Shown: positions 37,980-49,004 of the stretch, in pieces
Position numbering within the stretch: position 1 is the first letter of the stretch
Layout of the letters: each line of letters begins with the position of its first letter
From: an uncultured archaeon
GTDB taxonomy: Archaea; Thermoplasmatota; Penumbrarchaeia; JASLWR01
Length of the DNA stretch: 64,000 nt
Direction of reading: 5' to 3'
Assembly (NCBI GenBank): GCA_964342815.1
Contig: CAYFHS010000013.1
Coordinates: 52,710 to 116,709 of the forward strand
The notes under the pieces: generated by a model
The model's input: the letters and a program-made list of their open reading frames with translations, nothing else
What the model was told of the DNA's origin: nothing
Database searches by the model: none
Translations under genes and position numbers: made by a program

Positions 37980-40900
37980 TTACTCTTCTTCCTCCTCCTC
38001 TTCCTCCTCTCCCACCTGTTGAGATACCCATTCCTCCACCTCTTTAGCCCGATCATCTTCCCCTTCTCCATCCCCCAACATTATCTCTATATCGTCCTCA
38101 CTGATGGCGAATTCATCATCCTCTTCAGGCTCGTATTCCTCTTCGGGTTCCATATCTTCGTCTTCAAGCTCAATATCGTCGATATCTATATCCAGATCAT
38201 CTCCAACGCCAAGGTCCAGGTCCAGGAGATCGAAATCGAGATCCTCTTCTTCCTCGGGTTCCGGTTCCACGGGAATTTCCTCCGGTTTTTCTTCCACAGT
38301 GGGCGGCTCGGGGGGTTCCTCCGAGACTGCTTCTTCGGATGCACCCCAGGGCGGTGTTTCGGGTTCCGGCTCTTTCACTTTCTTCTTCCGTGGTTTCGCT
38401 TTTTTCTTTCTTTCTTTCTTTTTGAGCATCTCCTCCGGAAGCATCTCGTCAATGTCCAAAGCTTCCTCGGGTTCCTCATCATCGTCGAGTATTACCTTTT
38501 TCCTCTTCTTTCTTTTCGGTTCTTCAGGGACCTCTTCTTCCTCGGGTTCGGGTTCTTCCTCTTCCTCCGGCTCCTCTATCTTTTCCGGTTCTTCATCCGG
38601 TTTCTTCTCCGGAAGCTCTGCTGCCGGACCCATCTTCTCCTCTTTCTTCTCCTTTTTCTTCCTCTTTTCCAGCTTTTTCTCCGGTTCCTCTTCTTCCTCT
38701 TCCTTCTTGTCCTTCTTTTCCTTGCCCTTTCCTTCCTTCTTGTCCTTCTCCCGCTTCTTGATAATGAGGAAAATGATGAGAAGCAGGAATATCAGCCCTA
38801 AGATGATAAGAGCGATCAGGAGGAACAAATTCGGGTCTTTTTCATCCTCCTTTTCAGGAATGATGTCCTCCTGCTTCACCTCCCTTTCATCATCGGGAAA
38901 CTGATCCAGCTTCAATCCAGTGGTTGAATCTTCCGCTGACATACCTGGATTCCACCTATCCGGGGCCCCGTCCTCATCCGTGTCGACGCTTGCTGCGGGA
39001 TCCTGTGGAAATGCGTCCGGGTAAGGTCTACCGTACACGTCCACGAGGGTGCTGTCGTTCCTGACCAGATATTCATCGTCACCATCCTTTATCTTCCATC
39101 CCTCATCGTCTGCGGACCAAGCAATGGAAGTCTGGAGCTTGATACCATTATCTCCAAAAGCGTTCTTTAGGCGAAGGTCCACGGATCCATTCTTGAGATG
39201 CTCGCTGTAATCCTGCGGCAGCTGGAACAGCAGAACCCACGTGACGGAATTCTTCTGCGTCTTATTGGGCAGCCATTCGTCCGGAAGACCGTCGCCGTCC
39301 GTATCCATTGCTGCCGCTGGGTCTTCAGGTAAATTGTCGGCGTTATCGCCCACGCCGTCCCCATCAGTGTCTTTCCATTCGGTGGAATCGTTCAGGAATT
39401 GGGTACCATTAACACCACCCTTGGATGAACCGTTAGGGTTCAGGCTTTCATACTGAGGTTCATTATCATCAGTGATCCCGTCGCCATCCTGGTCATTGGT
39501 ACTCACGTTCAGGAGATAGGGGGGGGACGTGAAAAAATTCCCCGAAGTATCGTTCAAAATGATACGGAGCCGCACGTATCCCACGGAAAAATCAGGAGTG
39601 CTGAGGACGGCCATCCTGTTATTGAACATCATGGAATTTGCATAGTTGGTGTTATTCTCTGTTGCATTAACATTTGTGTATTCCAGTTTTGCTCCCACTA
39701 GTGATGAGGGATCGTCGACGTTGTCCTCTCGACTGATTGTAACTTTTATTTTCTTCCCTGCAACGATAGAGGTGGTTTCGTCGCTCTCAATGGAAGTGAA
39801 CCTGTCAGGTTTAAGCTCGAGTTCGATCCCAATAAGTGTCGCCGCGATTATGTCTTTGACATAAACCAATTGGACGGGGGTCAAGTTGAAGTTTCCCCTG
39901 GTATCGCTGACATTGAAATAATAGTACAATTCCTTGGCGTCCTCGGGAACATTCACCGTGACAAGGAAAGACCCGTCATCCCAGATCATCGGATTCAGTG
40001 TGATATCCGATGGCCAAGAGGGTTTAAAATCGTAGATTAGTGTCACTTTAAGCCTTTCCGGATCGTCCACGTTGTCATAGGCCTTGATCGATAGAGTTAA
40101 CTTTTCGTTGGTTTCAGGGGGATCCGGCGAAAAGGACGCGTTTCCCTCAATACGGGGGTACATGCTATCATTGACGGTGATCTTGTAATCGCCCAGGCGA
40201 AGGAACATGTCGTTCACGTCGAATATCTCCAGATAATAGGTAAGGTTCGAGCCGTTAAGCGTGGATATGCTTTTCCCGAAATGCTGCAGCATCCGAGCAT
40301 AGCTGATGTGAAAGTATCCCGACCTCCCGTCGCCGGATATTTCCGAATACAGCTCCATGGGTTCGGGCCATTCTTCCGTTCCTTCCTCCTTTATGTAGAT
40401 CAGGGTCTTGTTCAGCCCAATGTTGTCCGTTGCATGGAGACTGACGGTAAAATCATCCCCCGTTCCCGCATCGAAATTTCCCGTAAAGTTAGCATCCGCA
40501 ATAGGGGCATCATCATCAACGAATGAAATAACGTACGGGATCCCTCGACTTCCCAGAGCATCCATATTCCCCGCCGCGTCATATATATGAATGTAATAAT
40601 ACAGTGATGTCCCGTCTGTGGTGTCAAAACCGTGGTCCGTGTAAAGCGTTATTGGATAGGAGAGATGAAACGATCCCTCGCCCGCCGAATATTCCATCTC
40701 CAATTCCATCCATTCACCGTCCATTCCCTTCTTGATATGCAGGGTGGCTTCGGTGAGACCCACGTTATCCGTTGCCGAACATTGTATGGTGAAATCGTTG
40801 TTCGTTCCCCTGGTGACGTTGCCGGTAAGGTCGATAGCAACGGGAGCAATGGAATCTATCACGGAGAAATTATAGGCCCATCCAACGGGAACCGTTATGG

Positions 40901-43900
40901 AATTTCCACTAAGATCGAACACGGTTACGTTAAACTCGACTCTCCCGACCCTGTCGAGGTCCGAAAATACCGTCAAGTTATACGTGGCACCCTGATGCAT
41001 CATGGTAAGCTGTTTCGTACCCTTATCGTCATATATACCGGACAAGGTGATACTCACATTCTGGATCTGAAAAGTATTATCGAAGACGTTCACGATTATA
41101 TCGATCTCATCCCCCGTATTATATACCTTATCGAAAAGAGGATCGCCAACCAGTTCGGGGAGGTCATTGTCCGTGACATTGAAAACTATGACATCATCTT
41201 CAGCAGCGGCCCGATCGAAAGCGATCCCGCCCTTGACGACATATGGGTGGTTAGTACCATCAGAGACGTGATAAAATACTTGAACATAAGCCGCATCACC
41301 AGGGACCTGAAGAGTATTGTTCCAGATTTCCGCTTCCAATGGCGAGCCGCCAGTTACCTTTTCCAGTACTACCCGTGAAAAGAGATTATCTTCCTGGTTG
41401 TTCGTATATACGAATTTGTAATAATAATATACAAATGCCACTGCGATGTTATCGTTGGCCCGGACACTCAGATTTACCACATCGCCGGTGGTGAAATTCT
41501 TATTCAAATCCACGGCGCTGGGATTTTCATCATCTATCATCTGACGGGTCCTGACAGCCGTACTCGTCCAGTTCCCTTCCCCATCCTTGGCGGAAAAGAA
41601 AAAATACAAGGTTCCCGCAAAATCGTTTCTGAGAGAAATGGTCCGATTGAAGGGATTGGGTGTCATTAATGTTTTGTTTAAGTGCTGCCCGGCGTTCCCA
41701 TACCAATATTCCACAGTGGATAGATTGACCTCCACATTGTCGTATATGGAAATCGCGAAATTGAACAGATTGCCGGTAAATGCCGTGCCGGTGCTTTCAT
41801 CATAACCGAAAACTGGATGTTGGTTGTCATATATTCTCACGGACCGGTTTGCCGTCTGATTCCAGTTACCTGACTGGTCCTTTACCAAGAAGGTATAGTT
41901 CAATACTCCAGAAATATTTGCCGAGAGTTGGATATCGTAGAAATACGGACCGTTCCCACTCATGCTGTTGTTGACAGGAATATCTCCTCTACCCACAAAT
42001 TCATACCGGACCCTTACTTCAACCACCAGGACGTTATCCGAAGCGTCTGTTGTGAAGTTCAGCCACCCGCCTGTGACGCTCCAGCCAGGCGTGTTGTCGT
42101 TCTCGATAACCGGCAGTTCATCGTCTGCGATATTTGCGGTCTGATTCCCCGAGGAATTCCAGTTCCCCTGGTCATCAACGGCCGAGATCAGATAATTCAA
42201 TACTCCTGTAAAATCATTTCGAAGGGTGATAGTACGCACGTAATATCCATTTACAAGATTCATGGACAGGTTCGTGTGTCCACCACCTGCACCATACCAG
42301 TATTCAATGAAAACACCATTTATGTTGATATTGTCCGACCAGCTGCAGTTGAAAACGAACTCTTCGCCCGTGTAACCGGTATTCGGCACACTCTTGTTCA
42401 CGAGGCGGGGTAATATCAAATCGGTAACGGCCACCTGGGCAGGTGAAGTGACGTTCCAATTCCCGGATGTATCGTTCGACCAGAAATAGTAGGTCAAGGT
42501 CCCGTCGGCGTCCAAGGGCAATGTCACCGTCTTTGTATACGGGTTCGCACCACCGAGAGAAAGATTATATGAATAATTACCTATGGTATAGTTAACTCTC
42601 ACCGAGTCGAGATTCGTATTATCCGTCACTGTGATATTGAAGGTCAGGTTTCCCCCGCAAACGCCCGAATTGGGTGTTGAATTCTGGCCGAAAACAGGTC
42701 CGTCATTATCCAATATACTGGAGTTCAGCAGGAGCAACTGTTCCCAATTACCTGCTGTATCATTTGCTGAGAAATTGTAATGCAAGGTACCTACAAAATC
42801 ATTTCTGAGCTGGATAGTGTGCTCGTATGAATCTCCTCCAACGTTAACCATTGTGACATTCGTATGATTTCCATTCCCGTACCAGTATTCGACCCATGCA
42901 TTAAAAATTTCTATATTTTCCTTCCACGAACAATTGAACACAAAAGGATCGCCAGTGTAACCAAGTGCTGGCGTGTTGGTACCGTTATTTACCGGAGGAT
43001 CATCGTCCATGACGGAGACGTTGGAAACTCCCGTCTCATTCCAGTTTCCAGAAGAATCCACGCAAGATATATTGTAATGGAGGGTTGCATTGGAGTTTGC
43101 CGGAAGAGTTATGTTCCTGGTAAAATAGGAGGTGTTCTGGACATTGGACAGGGAGACATTGGTGCCGTTCTGAGGGGCATCATTCCCATACCAGTAAAGG
43201 ACCCGGGCCACGAGGTTTCCAGGCGAATCCAAATTATCTTGGGCGGATACGTTAAAAACAAAACTATCATTCGTGGTTCCGCTTGGGTTTGACAGATCCT
43301 GCAGCATAGGTTTATCATTATCGTTGATCGATACCCTGGAAACCGGCGTAATATTGGTATTGTTGGAGAGGTCGTTAAGATAGAAATAATAATACATAAC
43401 AGTAAGATTGTTAGCAAGGTCAATGGTCTTATTGTACACGTCATTTACTTCATTCACCATGGAGTCATTGAAGAAACTTATGTTATCATATGTATAATTC
43501 ACATAGGTATCCGTAAGCCAGACATTATCCGTGATATTGACGGAAAAGATGAACGGTTCACCGGTGGTCCCGGAATTTGGCGTATTGTTCGCCAGGACCT
43601 GGGGAGCATCGTTATCGTTCACGGTCACGTTTCCCTGTGCTGTGGTATTGTAGTTTCCGGCGGGATCAAGAAAATAAAAGAAGTAGTGCATATCGGTTGC
43701 ATTCGATGCCACCGTGATAGTGTGGTTCCACATTTCGCCTGCTACATTCGCCATGGATTCGTTGTAATAAACACTATCGTCGTATGTAAAATTTACATAG
43801 GCCGATTGAATATTGACATTGTCAGTGAAATTGGCACTGAAAGTGAATGGATCACCTGTAGTGGCTGCCAAGGGAGTATTGTTTATGACAAAGGAAGGGG

Positions 43901-45533
43901 CTTGGTTATCATATTCCACCGAATAATTGGTATTTAGATCGGGGCCGGGGTCCATTTCGTAGTTTCCGTCGTAATCTGCACCTCTCCATGTAAAATTAAT
44001 TTTTTTCCCCAGAGGGTAACCCGAGAGATTCATTATTATCTCGTAGGTGTTACCGGCCTTCGACCAGTTTCCGGCGTTCACTCTTGTTGGGGCGCTGTCG
44101 TTCCCGCTCTGCCCGTAAAACGCAAGGTACCAGTCGCCATCGTCTTCGAATTGGTACCAGAACTCCACGGTGGAATCGTTCACGCCGCTTCCGTTGTCGG
44201 TGATATTCTCTTTGAATGTAAATGATTCGCCCCCTACGTAGTTCACACCAGGAAACGGAGATACTCTCGAGAGAACCGGGGACTGCGGATCGGTCAGTGA
44301 GATAGTGGGAGCCTTGAATTGATCCACGCTAACTGCCTGCTCGGCTGAATCATAATCTACGTGGGTCACATTGATGGTATAATCCCGGTCATACCAGTAA
44401 CTGCCGTTGTATATGAAATGAATGGCCTGGGCCCATGCCGTGCCCTGTGCATCGGTGTTCAGAGTGAAACGCTCCTGGGCAGTACGGTTGATCATTTTGA
44501 TCGTGGCTCCCGAGATGCCGTCATCATTACTGTTCACGACGGTGGTTTTGACAAAATAATTTATCGAGAGATTTCCGTAACTTCCAACATTGAAAGTATC
44601 ATTTTTAAATGAACAATTCAAAAGCGTGAGGTTAATGATATGGGTGGCATCCGTATTGATATCCATCGTATCGCCGGCCCCCGGATTAGTCCAATTCCCG
44701 ATGGTGCAGTTATCGATGACAATGGATCGAGTATTTCCTGTTGCATATACATTTTCACCCCAAGTATTGGAAATACTGCAATTGGTGATGGTAGGTGTGG
44801 AACCCACATGCATTCGAATACCATTACCTGTGGTATTATGCACATTTGTGTTCATTATGAGGGGTTGGCCTCCCCCGACATAGATTCCCGTTGAAGTTGA
44901 GTTGAATAAATTACAGCCCACTACATTTCCATTTGATGATATCTTGATTCCACCCTCGTTATTACCACCATCACCTGTGTTATTGATGGTGCAGTTTAAG
45001 ATTATCGGATTGCCCGAACTCGTAAATTTCACACCCCAATCCGAGGTCTCATTGATCACACAATCATTTACTTCGGTATCGCCGCCTGTAATATCGACGC
45101 CGATCATGGCATGTTCAATTAAAGTATGATTGATATAAGCGATCCCGCCGCTTTCCACGACAATCCCCTGATAGCTCCCCGGAGACGGAGACGATGCATT
45201 GGAACCGACAGATATAGGATTGTTCATCGTACCGTTCATAACCAGCTTGCCCCCGCTCTTCACTACTATGGAACCGTTACCGTTACTGGCATCTATAAGA
45301 ACCTCCGCTCCTTCCCAGATTGAAAGCGTATGACCCGAGCTAACGTTAAATTCATCATCAACATAATGAACATCTCCTCCCTGCCAGGCTTCATCGCCGG
45401 AAGTTCCGCCTCTATGGTATACATTCGCACCGGAAGCAGTTTCAACTCCCCATTCGTTTATCATAACCAGTCCGGAGAACAACATGACCATGGTCATAAT
45501 ATAACTACCAAACCTCAGTACCCTAGTTTTCAT
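37980..45533 (-). CDS. 2517-aa surface protein: beta-helix head, tandem ~100-aa Ig-like repeats, Ca-binding repeats, TM, very acidic/Lys-rich tail
   Basis: Signal peptide; repeated DNDxP..TG..F.FN..DN..EYWYG..GNWN units; TM LFLLIALIILGLIFLLLIIFLII; E/D-rich tail. Confidence 0.88.
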   Translation of the reverse strand: MKTRVLRFGSYIMTMVMLFSGLVMINEWGVETASGANVYHRGGTSGDEAWQGGDVHYVDDEFNVSSGHTLSIWEGAEVLIDASNGNGSIVVKSGGKLVMNGTMNNPISVGSNASSPSPGSYQGIVVESGGIAYINHTLIEHAMIGVDITGGDTEVNDCVINETSDWGVKFTSSGNPIILNCTINNTGDGGNNEGGIKISSNGNVVGCNLFNSTSTGIYVGGGQPLIMNTNVHNTTGNGIRMHVGSTPTITNCSISNTWGENVYATGNTRSIVIDNCTIGNWTNPGAGDTMDINTDATHIINLTLLNCSFKNDTFNVGSYGNLSINYFVKTTVVNSNDDGISGATIKMINRTAQERFTLNTDAQGTAWAQAIHFIYNGSYWYDRDYTINVTHVDYDSAEQAVSVDQFKAPTISLTDPQSPVLSRVSPFPGVNYVGGESFTFKENITDNGSGVNDSTVEFWYQFEDDGDWYLAFYGQSGNDSAPTRVNAGNWSKAGNTYEIIMNLSGYPLGKKINFTWRGADYDGNYEMDPGPDLNTNYSVEYDNQAPSFVINNTPLAATTGDPFTFSANFTDNVNIQSAYVNFTYDDSVYYNESMANVAGEMWNHTITVASNATDMHYFFYFLDPAGNYNTTAQGNVTVNDNDAPQVLANNTPNSGTTGEPFIFSVNITDNVWLTDTYVNYTYDNISFFNDSMVNEVNDVYNKTIDLANNLTVMYYYFYLNDLSNNTNITPVSRVSINDNDKPMLQDLSNPSGTTNDSFVFNVSAQDNLDSPGNLVARVLYWYGNDAPQNGTNVSLSNVQNTSYFTRNITLPANSNATLHYNISCVDSSGNWNETGVSNVSVMDDDPPVNNGTNTPALGYTGDPFVFNCSWKENIEIFNAWVEYWYGNGNHTNVTMVNVGGDSYEHTIQLRNDFVGTLHYNFSANDTAGNWEQLLLLNSSILDNDGPVFGQNSTPNSGVCGGNLTFNITVTDNTNLDSVRVNYTIGNYSYNLSLGGANPYTKTVTLPLDADGTLTYYFWSNDTSGNWNVTSPAQVAVTDLILPRLVNKSVPNTGYTGEEFVFNCSWSDNININGVFIEYWYGAGGGHTNLSMNLVNGYYVRTITLRNDFTGVLNYLISAVDDQGNWNSSGNQTANIADDELPVIENDNTPGWSVTGGWLNFTTDASDNVLVVEVRVRYEFVGRGDIPVNNSMSGNGPYFYDIQLSANISGVLNYTFLVKDQSGNWNQTANRSVRIYDNQHPVFGYDESTGTAFTGNLFNFAISIYDNVEVNLSTVEYWYGNAGQHLNKTLMTPNPFNRTISLRNDFAGTLYFFFSAKDGEGNWTSTAVRTRQMIDDENPSAVDLNKNFTTGDVVNLSVRANDNIAVAFVYYYYKFVYTNNQEDNLFSRVVLEKVTGGSPLEAEIWNNTLQVPGDAAYVQVFYHVSDGTNHPYVVKGGIAFDRAAAEDDVIVFNVTDNDLPELVGDPLFDKVYNTGDEIDIIVNVFDNTFQIQNVSITLSGIYDDKGTKQLTMMHQGATYNLTVFSDLDRVGRVEFNVTVFDLSGNSITVPVGWAYNFSVIDSIAPVAIDLTGNVTRGTNNDFTIQCSATDNVGLTEATLHIKKGMDGEWMELEMEYSAGEGSFHLSYPITLYTDHGFDTTDGTSLYYYIHIYDAAGNMDALGSRGIPYVISFVDDDAPIADANFTGNFDAGTGDDFTVSLHATDNIGLNKTLIYIKEEGTEEWPEPMELYSEISGDGRSGYFHISYARMLQHFGKSISTLNGSNLTYYLEIFDVNDMFLRLGDYKITVNDSMYPRIEGNASFSPDPPETNEKLTLSIKAYDNVDDPERLKVTLIYDFKPSWPSDITLNPMIWDDGSFLVTVNVPEDAKELYYYFNVSDTRGNFNLTPVQLVYVKDIIAATLIGIELELKPDRFTSIESDETTSIVAGKKIKVTISREDNVDDPSSLVGAKLEYTNVNATENNTNYANSMMFNNRMAVLSTPDFSVGYVRLRIILNDTSGNFFTSPPYLLNVSTNDQDGDGITDDNEPQYESLNPNGSSKGGVNGTQFLNDSTEWKDTDGDGVGDNADNLPEDPAAAMDTDGDGLPDEWLPNKTQKNSVTWVLLFQLPQDYSEHLKNGSVDLRLKNAFGDNGIKLQTSIAWSADDEGWKIKDGDDEYLVRNDSTLVDVYGRPYPDAFPQDPAASVDTDEDGAPDRWNPGMSAEDSTTGLKLDQFPDDEREVKQEDIIPEKEDEKDPNLFLLIALIILGLIFLLLIIFLIIKKREKDKKEGKGKEKKDKKEEEEEEPEKKLEKRKKKEKKEEKMGPAAELPEKKPDEEPEKIEEPEEEEEPEPEEEEVPEEPKRKKRKKVILDDDEEPEEALDIDEMLPEEMLKKKERKKKAKPRKKKVKEPEPETPPWGASEEAVSEEPPEPPTVEEKPEEIPVEPEPEEEEDLDFDLLDLDLGVGDDLDIDIDDIELEDEDMEPEEEYEPEEDDEFAISEDDIEIMLGDGEGEDDRAKEVEEWVSQQVGEEEEEEEEE

Positions 45534-46085
45534 TTATCCACCATCCTTACTGACTTATCGTCCGCGGACATTTTCTATGAATGCCATATACAAGTATTTC
45601 CATAGTATTTAGTAGTATTTCGACGTTTTACCTATTTATGACAGTATCCTTTTGTCTATCAGCATATCCAACAACAATGTCTGATAGCCTTCTTTATTTT
45701 TATTTTTTATTCTAACCCTTTATGCTTTAATGGATATTGCAGGGAATCCTGCTATCGGTTTATTCCGGGTTGCGCCTAAATGAATGAAAACGGATGGGGA
45801 TGAGAGGGGACCCTTCACAGGGCTTTGAATCCTTCAAACGATACGATGAGTACCTTACATTAAAGGGGGTGCGTTTGAGCTAAATATGCGCTTGATCGGA
45901 GTAGCTTCCCGAATACACACCTGTGGGACTCGGTTTTCAAAAATAAAGGAAGGTTCTGCAGTACTGATTTTCAAAGAAGGCAGGAAAAGTCATATCTGCG
46001 GTGGATTGGCATATCGAAACCAAACATTTTAATAAAAAAAAGCTATTTCCATCGGGACAATACCATAACAAAAGGTGGAAAGCAA

Positions 46086-46406
46086 ATGGCATGGTTAAAA
46101 GATTGTATCAAGAACGTGCAGGATCGCATGAACCAAGACGTGGAACAGAGAAAAGTGGAACTCAAGGTGGAAGAGACGAACCGTGAATTGACCTACTACC
46201 AGCAGGCCAGCGAGTTCCCATCCAACGATAAGATAGACGAGATGATGGAAGGCTATCAGGATGCTCTGGACACCTTTACCCTTATGGAAATACTTATCGA
46301 ACACGGCCTCACTACAAAGGAAGAGTATTACGAGAGAAGAAATAGGCTGGAAGAAGAGTTGAGAGCCGAGATAAAAAAGCAGTACATGGAAGACCTGCCC
46401 ATATAA
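46086..46406 (+). CDS. Small helical hypothetical protein
   Basis: 106-aa ORF preceded by an AGGTGG SD-like site; acidic, coiled-coil-like. Confidence 0.65.
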   Translation: MAWLKDCIKNVQDRMNQDVEQRKVELKVEETNRELTYYQQASEFPSNDKIDEMMEGYQDALDTFTLMEILIEHGLTTKEEYYERRNRLEEELRAEIKKQYMEDLPI

Positions 46407-46629
46407 TACCCAAAATGGAATAATTCTTGTTTGGGCCGCCAATATTCGAAGTAATTTGAATGATAATGGTAGAACTCTGGCTCATGAATTGGTGAAGGGA
46501 AACGACTAAGCAGGTGAATTAGATAAACAAATTTATATAAGGTTTGGGCAATTTGGAGTAAAGTCAAACATATTTACCTTAAAAGAATATATGAAATATT
46601 ACACATATAATTTGAGAGGAATTTTGATA

Positions 46630-46656
46630 ATTATATGTTCCCCTGGTTCATATAAT
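46630..46656. promoter_or_regulatory. Inverted-repeat operator candidate directly upstream of dnaK
   Basis: ATTATATG-N11-CATATAAT, immediately before the AGGAGG SD. Confidence 0.45.
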
Positions 46657-46670
46657 AAGGAGGAAATCGA

Positions 46671-48854
46671 ATGGTTAAAGCGATCGGAATAGATCTTGGC
46701 ACTACAAATTCGTGCGTAGCGGTCATGGAAGGTGGTGAAGCAGTCGTAATTCCCAATGCGGAAGGTTCACGCACCACGCCTTCAGTGGTGGCATTTACGA
46801 AAGAAGGGGAACGACTGGTGGGTCAACTTGCGAAAAGGCAGGCCATCACGAATCCAGAACGAACTATAGCTTCAATAAAGAGAAAAATGGGTACCCGGCA
46901 CAGGGTAAAGATAGGTGAAAAAAAGTACGCTCCTGAAGAAATTTCATCTATGATCGTATCCAAACTCAGGCACGATGCCGAAGAATATCTCGGTGAAAAG
47001 ATCAAAAAAGTGGTTATCACGGTCCCTGCATACTTCGAAGATAGTCAGAGAAAGGCTACGAGAGACGCAGGTAAGATTGCAGGTTTACAGGTATTGAGGA
47101 TAATCAACGAACCCACGGCCGCGGCATTGGCTTATGGTATCGACAAGGAAGAGGACCAGACCGTTCTGGTTTTCGATCTCGGTGGTGGAACCTTCGATAT
47201 TTCGATCCTCGAATTGGGTGAAGGGGTCTTTGAAGTTAAAGCAACCAGCGGTAACAACCTTTTGGGCGGCGACGATTTTGACCAGAAGATAATGGATTAT
47301 CTCATGAAAGAATTCCAAAAGGAACATCACCTGAGCATCACCGATGACAAATCAGCAATGCAGAGATTGAAGGAAGCCGCTGAAAAGGCAAAGATCGAGT
47401 TATCGGGAAGGCTTACCACCAACATCAACTTACCATATATCACCGCGGATGAGTCAGGGCCCAAGCATCTTGACGTAAACCTTACGCGGGCAAAGTTCGA
47501 CGATATAACATCCGATCTCGTCCAGAAAACCGTAGGCCCCACCAAAAGAGCCATGAGAGATTCAAAGCTTAAGGGAAAGGATATAGGAAAGGTCCTCCTA
47601 GTTGGGGGTTCAACAAGAATCCCCGCAGTCCAGAACGTTATAAAAAAATTACTTAATAAACAACCAACCAAAGGGATCAACCCGGACGAATGTGTTGCGG
47701 TGGGTGCTGCGATACAGGCGGGCATTCTGACCGGCGAGGTAAAGGATGTTCTTCTGCTTGATGTTACACCACTCTCCCTTGGTGTAGAGACCCTGGGCGG
47801 TGTCGGGACAAAGCTAATTCCAAGGAACACTACCATACCCACCAGGAAGAGTCAGATATTTTCCACCGCAGTGGACAGCCAGCCCTCTGTGGAAGTACAC
47901 GTCATTCAGGGCGAGAGGGAAATGGCCAAGGATAACAAGACCCTGGGCAGGTTCCATCTCATCGGCATACCGCCAGCGCCAAGAGGCGTTCCCCAGATCG
48001 AAGTGACCTTCGATATAGATGCAAACGGAATCGTCAATGTTTCCGCTAAGGACCTTGGCACTGGTAAAGAACAAAAGATCACGATAACTGCATCCTCATC
48101 CCTATCCGAGGGTGATGTGGACGGAATGGTGGAAGAGGCCAAGAAGTACAGGAAAAGAGACAAGAAGATGAAGGAACACGCCGAGCTGAGGAATCAGGCG
48201 GATGCTCTCGTATATGCAACGGAGAAGGCCATTGAGGAACTTTCCGAGAAACTCGACAAGCAGAAGATAAGGGATACAAAGATAGCCATAAAGAAGGTCA
48301 AGAGATCCCTGGGCGGAAGAGACCTCTCCGGAATCAAAAAATCCGTGGAGGAACTGACGGAAGTTTCGCAAGGACTGTTCTCCGAGATATATGACCGAAC
48401 CGGAAGGGATTTCGGGGACGAGGTGGAGGAGATCGCCTCCAGGCCGTCTATCGGGAAGGAGAAAGAGAGACCTTCCAGGAAAAAAGGTCGGGAAAGCCGG
48501 GCAAAAGAGGCTTCCGGTTTCGATTTCGAACTAATGGACGAGGAGGAAGAGAAAGCAGCTCCCATGATGATACCTTGCGTCAGGTGCGGTTCCAAGATCA
48601 AAGTAGCTTCGAGGAAGAGGCCCATCAAGATAGAGTGTCCGAAGTGTGGAAAGAAAGGAACGTTGAAAACTCCACCCCCGGGAGCTGAACCAAAGAAGGA
48701 GCGTAAAAGACCTCCCAGAAGGGATAAGAAAAAATCCGAAAAACCCATGGAGATACCTTGTCCGCGATGTAAGACCAAGATCACAATCAAATCCAAAAAA
48801 CGGCCTTACCAGCTTGAATGCCCCAAGTGTGGAAAGCGCGGAACTCTAAAATGA
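46671..48854 (+). CDS. dnaK: Hsp70 chaperone DnaK with two C-terminal Zn-ribbon repeats
   Basis: [56 protein letters not shown] all intact; tail has 2x CxxC..RP..CPKCG. Confidence 0.95.
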   Translation: MVKAIGIDLGTTNSCVAVMEGGEAVVIPNAEGSRTTPSVVAFTKEGERLVGQLAKRQAITNPERTIASIKRKMGTRHRVKIGEKKYAPEEISSMIVSKLRHDAEEYLGEKIKKVVITVPAYFEDSQRKATRDAGKIAGLQVLRIINEPTAAALAYGIDKEEDQTVLVFDLGGGTFDISILELGEGVFEVKATSGNNLLGGDDFDQKIMDYLMKEFQKEHHLSITDDKSAMQRLKEAAEKAKIELSGRLTTNINLPYITADESGPKHLDVNLTRAKFDDITSDLVQKTVGPTKRAMRDSKLKGKDIGKVLLVGGSTRIPAVQNVIKKLLNKQPTKGINPDECVAVGAAIQAGILTGEVKDVLLLDVTPLSLGVETLGGVGTKLIPRNTTIPTRKSQIFSTAVDSQPSVEVHVIQGEREMAKDNKTLGRFHLIGIPPAPRGVPQIEVTFDIDANGIVNVSAKDLGTGKEQKITITASSSLSEGDVDGMVEEAKKYRKRDKKMKEHAELRNQADALVYATEKAIEELSEKLDKQKIRDTKIAIKKVKRSLGGRDLSGIKKSVEELTEVSQGLFSEIYDRTGRDFGDEVEEIASRPSIGKEKERPSRKKGRESRAKEASGFDFELMDEEEEKAAPMMIPCVRCGSKIKVASRKRPIKIECPKCGKKGTLKTPPPGAEPKKERKRPPRRDKKKSEKPMEIPCPRCKTKITIKSKKRPYQLECPKCGKRGTLK

Positions 48855-49004
48855 ATCACCCACAGGTGAGCGTCTCGGGCCATTGGCCTTTCCTCGGCCC
48901 ATTCTTTTATTTCATTAGGTTCAATCAGAATATTTTCTAGCGATATTATATAAACACAATATCCCAAAGATATATTGATTAGCTAGGTATTTGGATAGAT
49001 AATT

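Noticed and set aside
38019-38904. Long plus-strand ORFs rich in Phe or Ser
   Set aside because: Antisense shadows of the Glu/Lys-rich tail of the 2517-aa gene
45534-46085. ncRNA or small ORF in the longest intergenic gap
   Set aside because: No recognisable RNA motif, convincing ORF or repeat; consistent with divergent promoters
48573-48851. DnaK-DnaJ fusion
   Set aside because: No J-domain HPD motif, and the Cys spacing is not DnaJ CxxCxGxG
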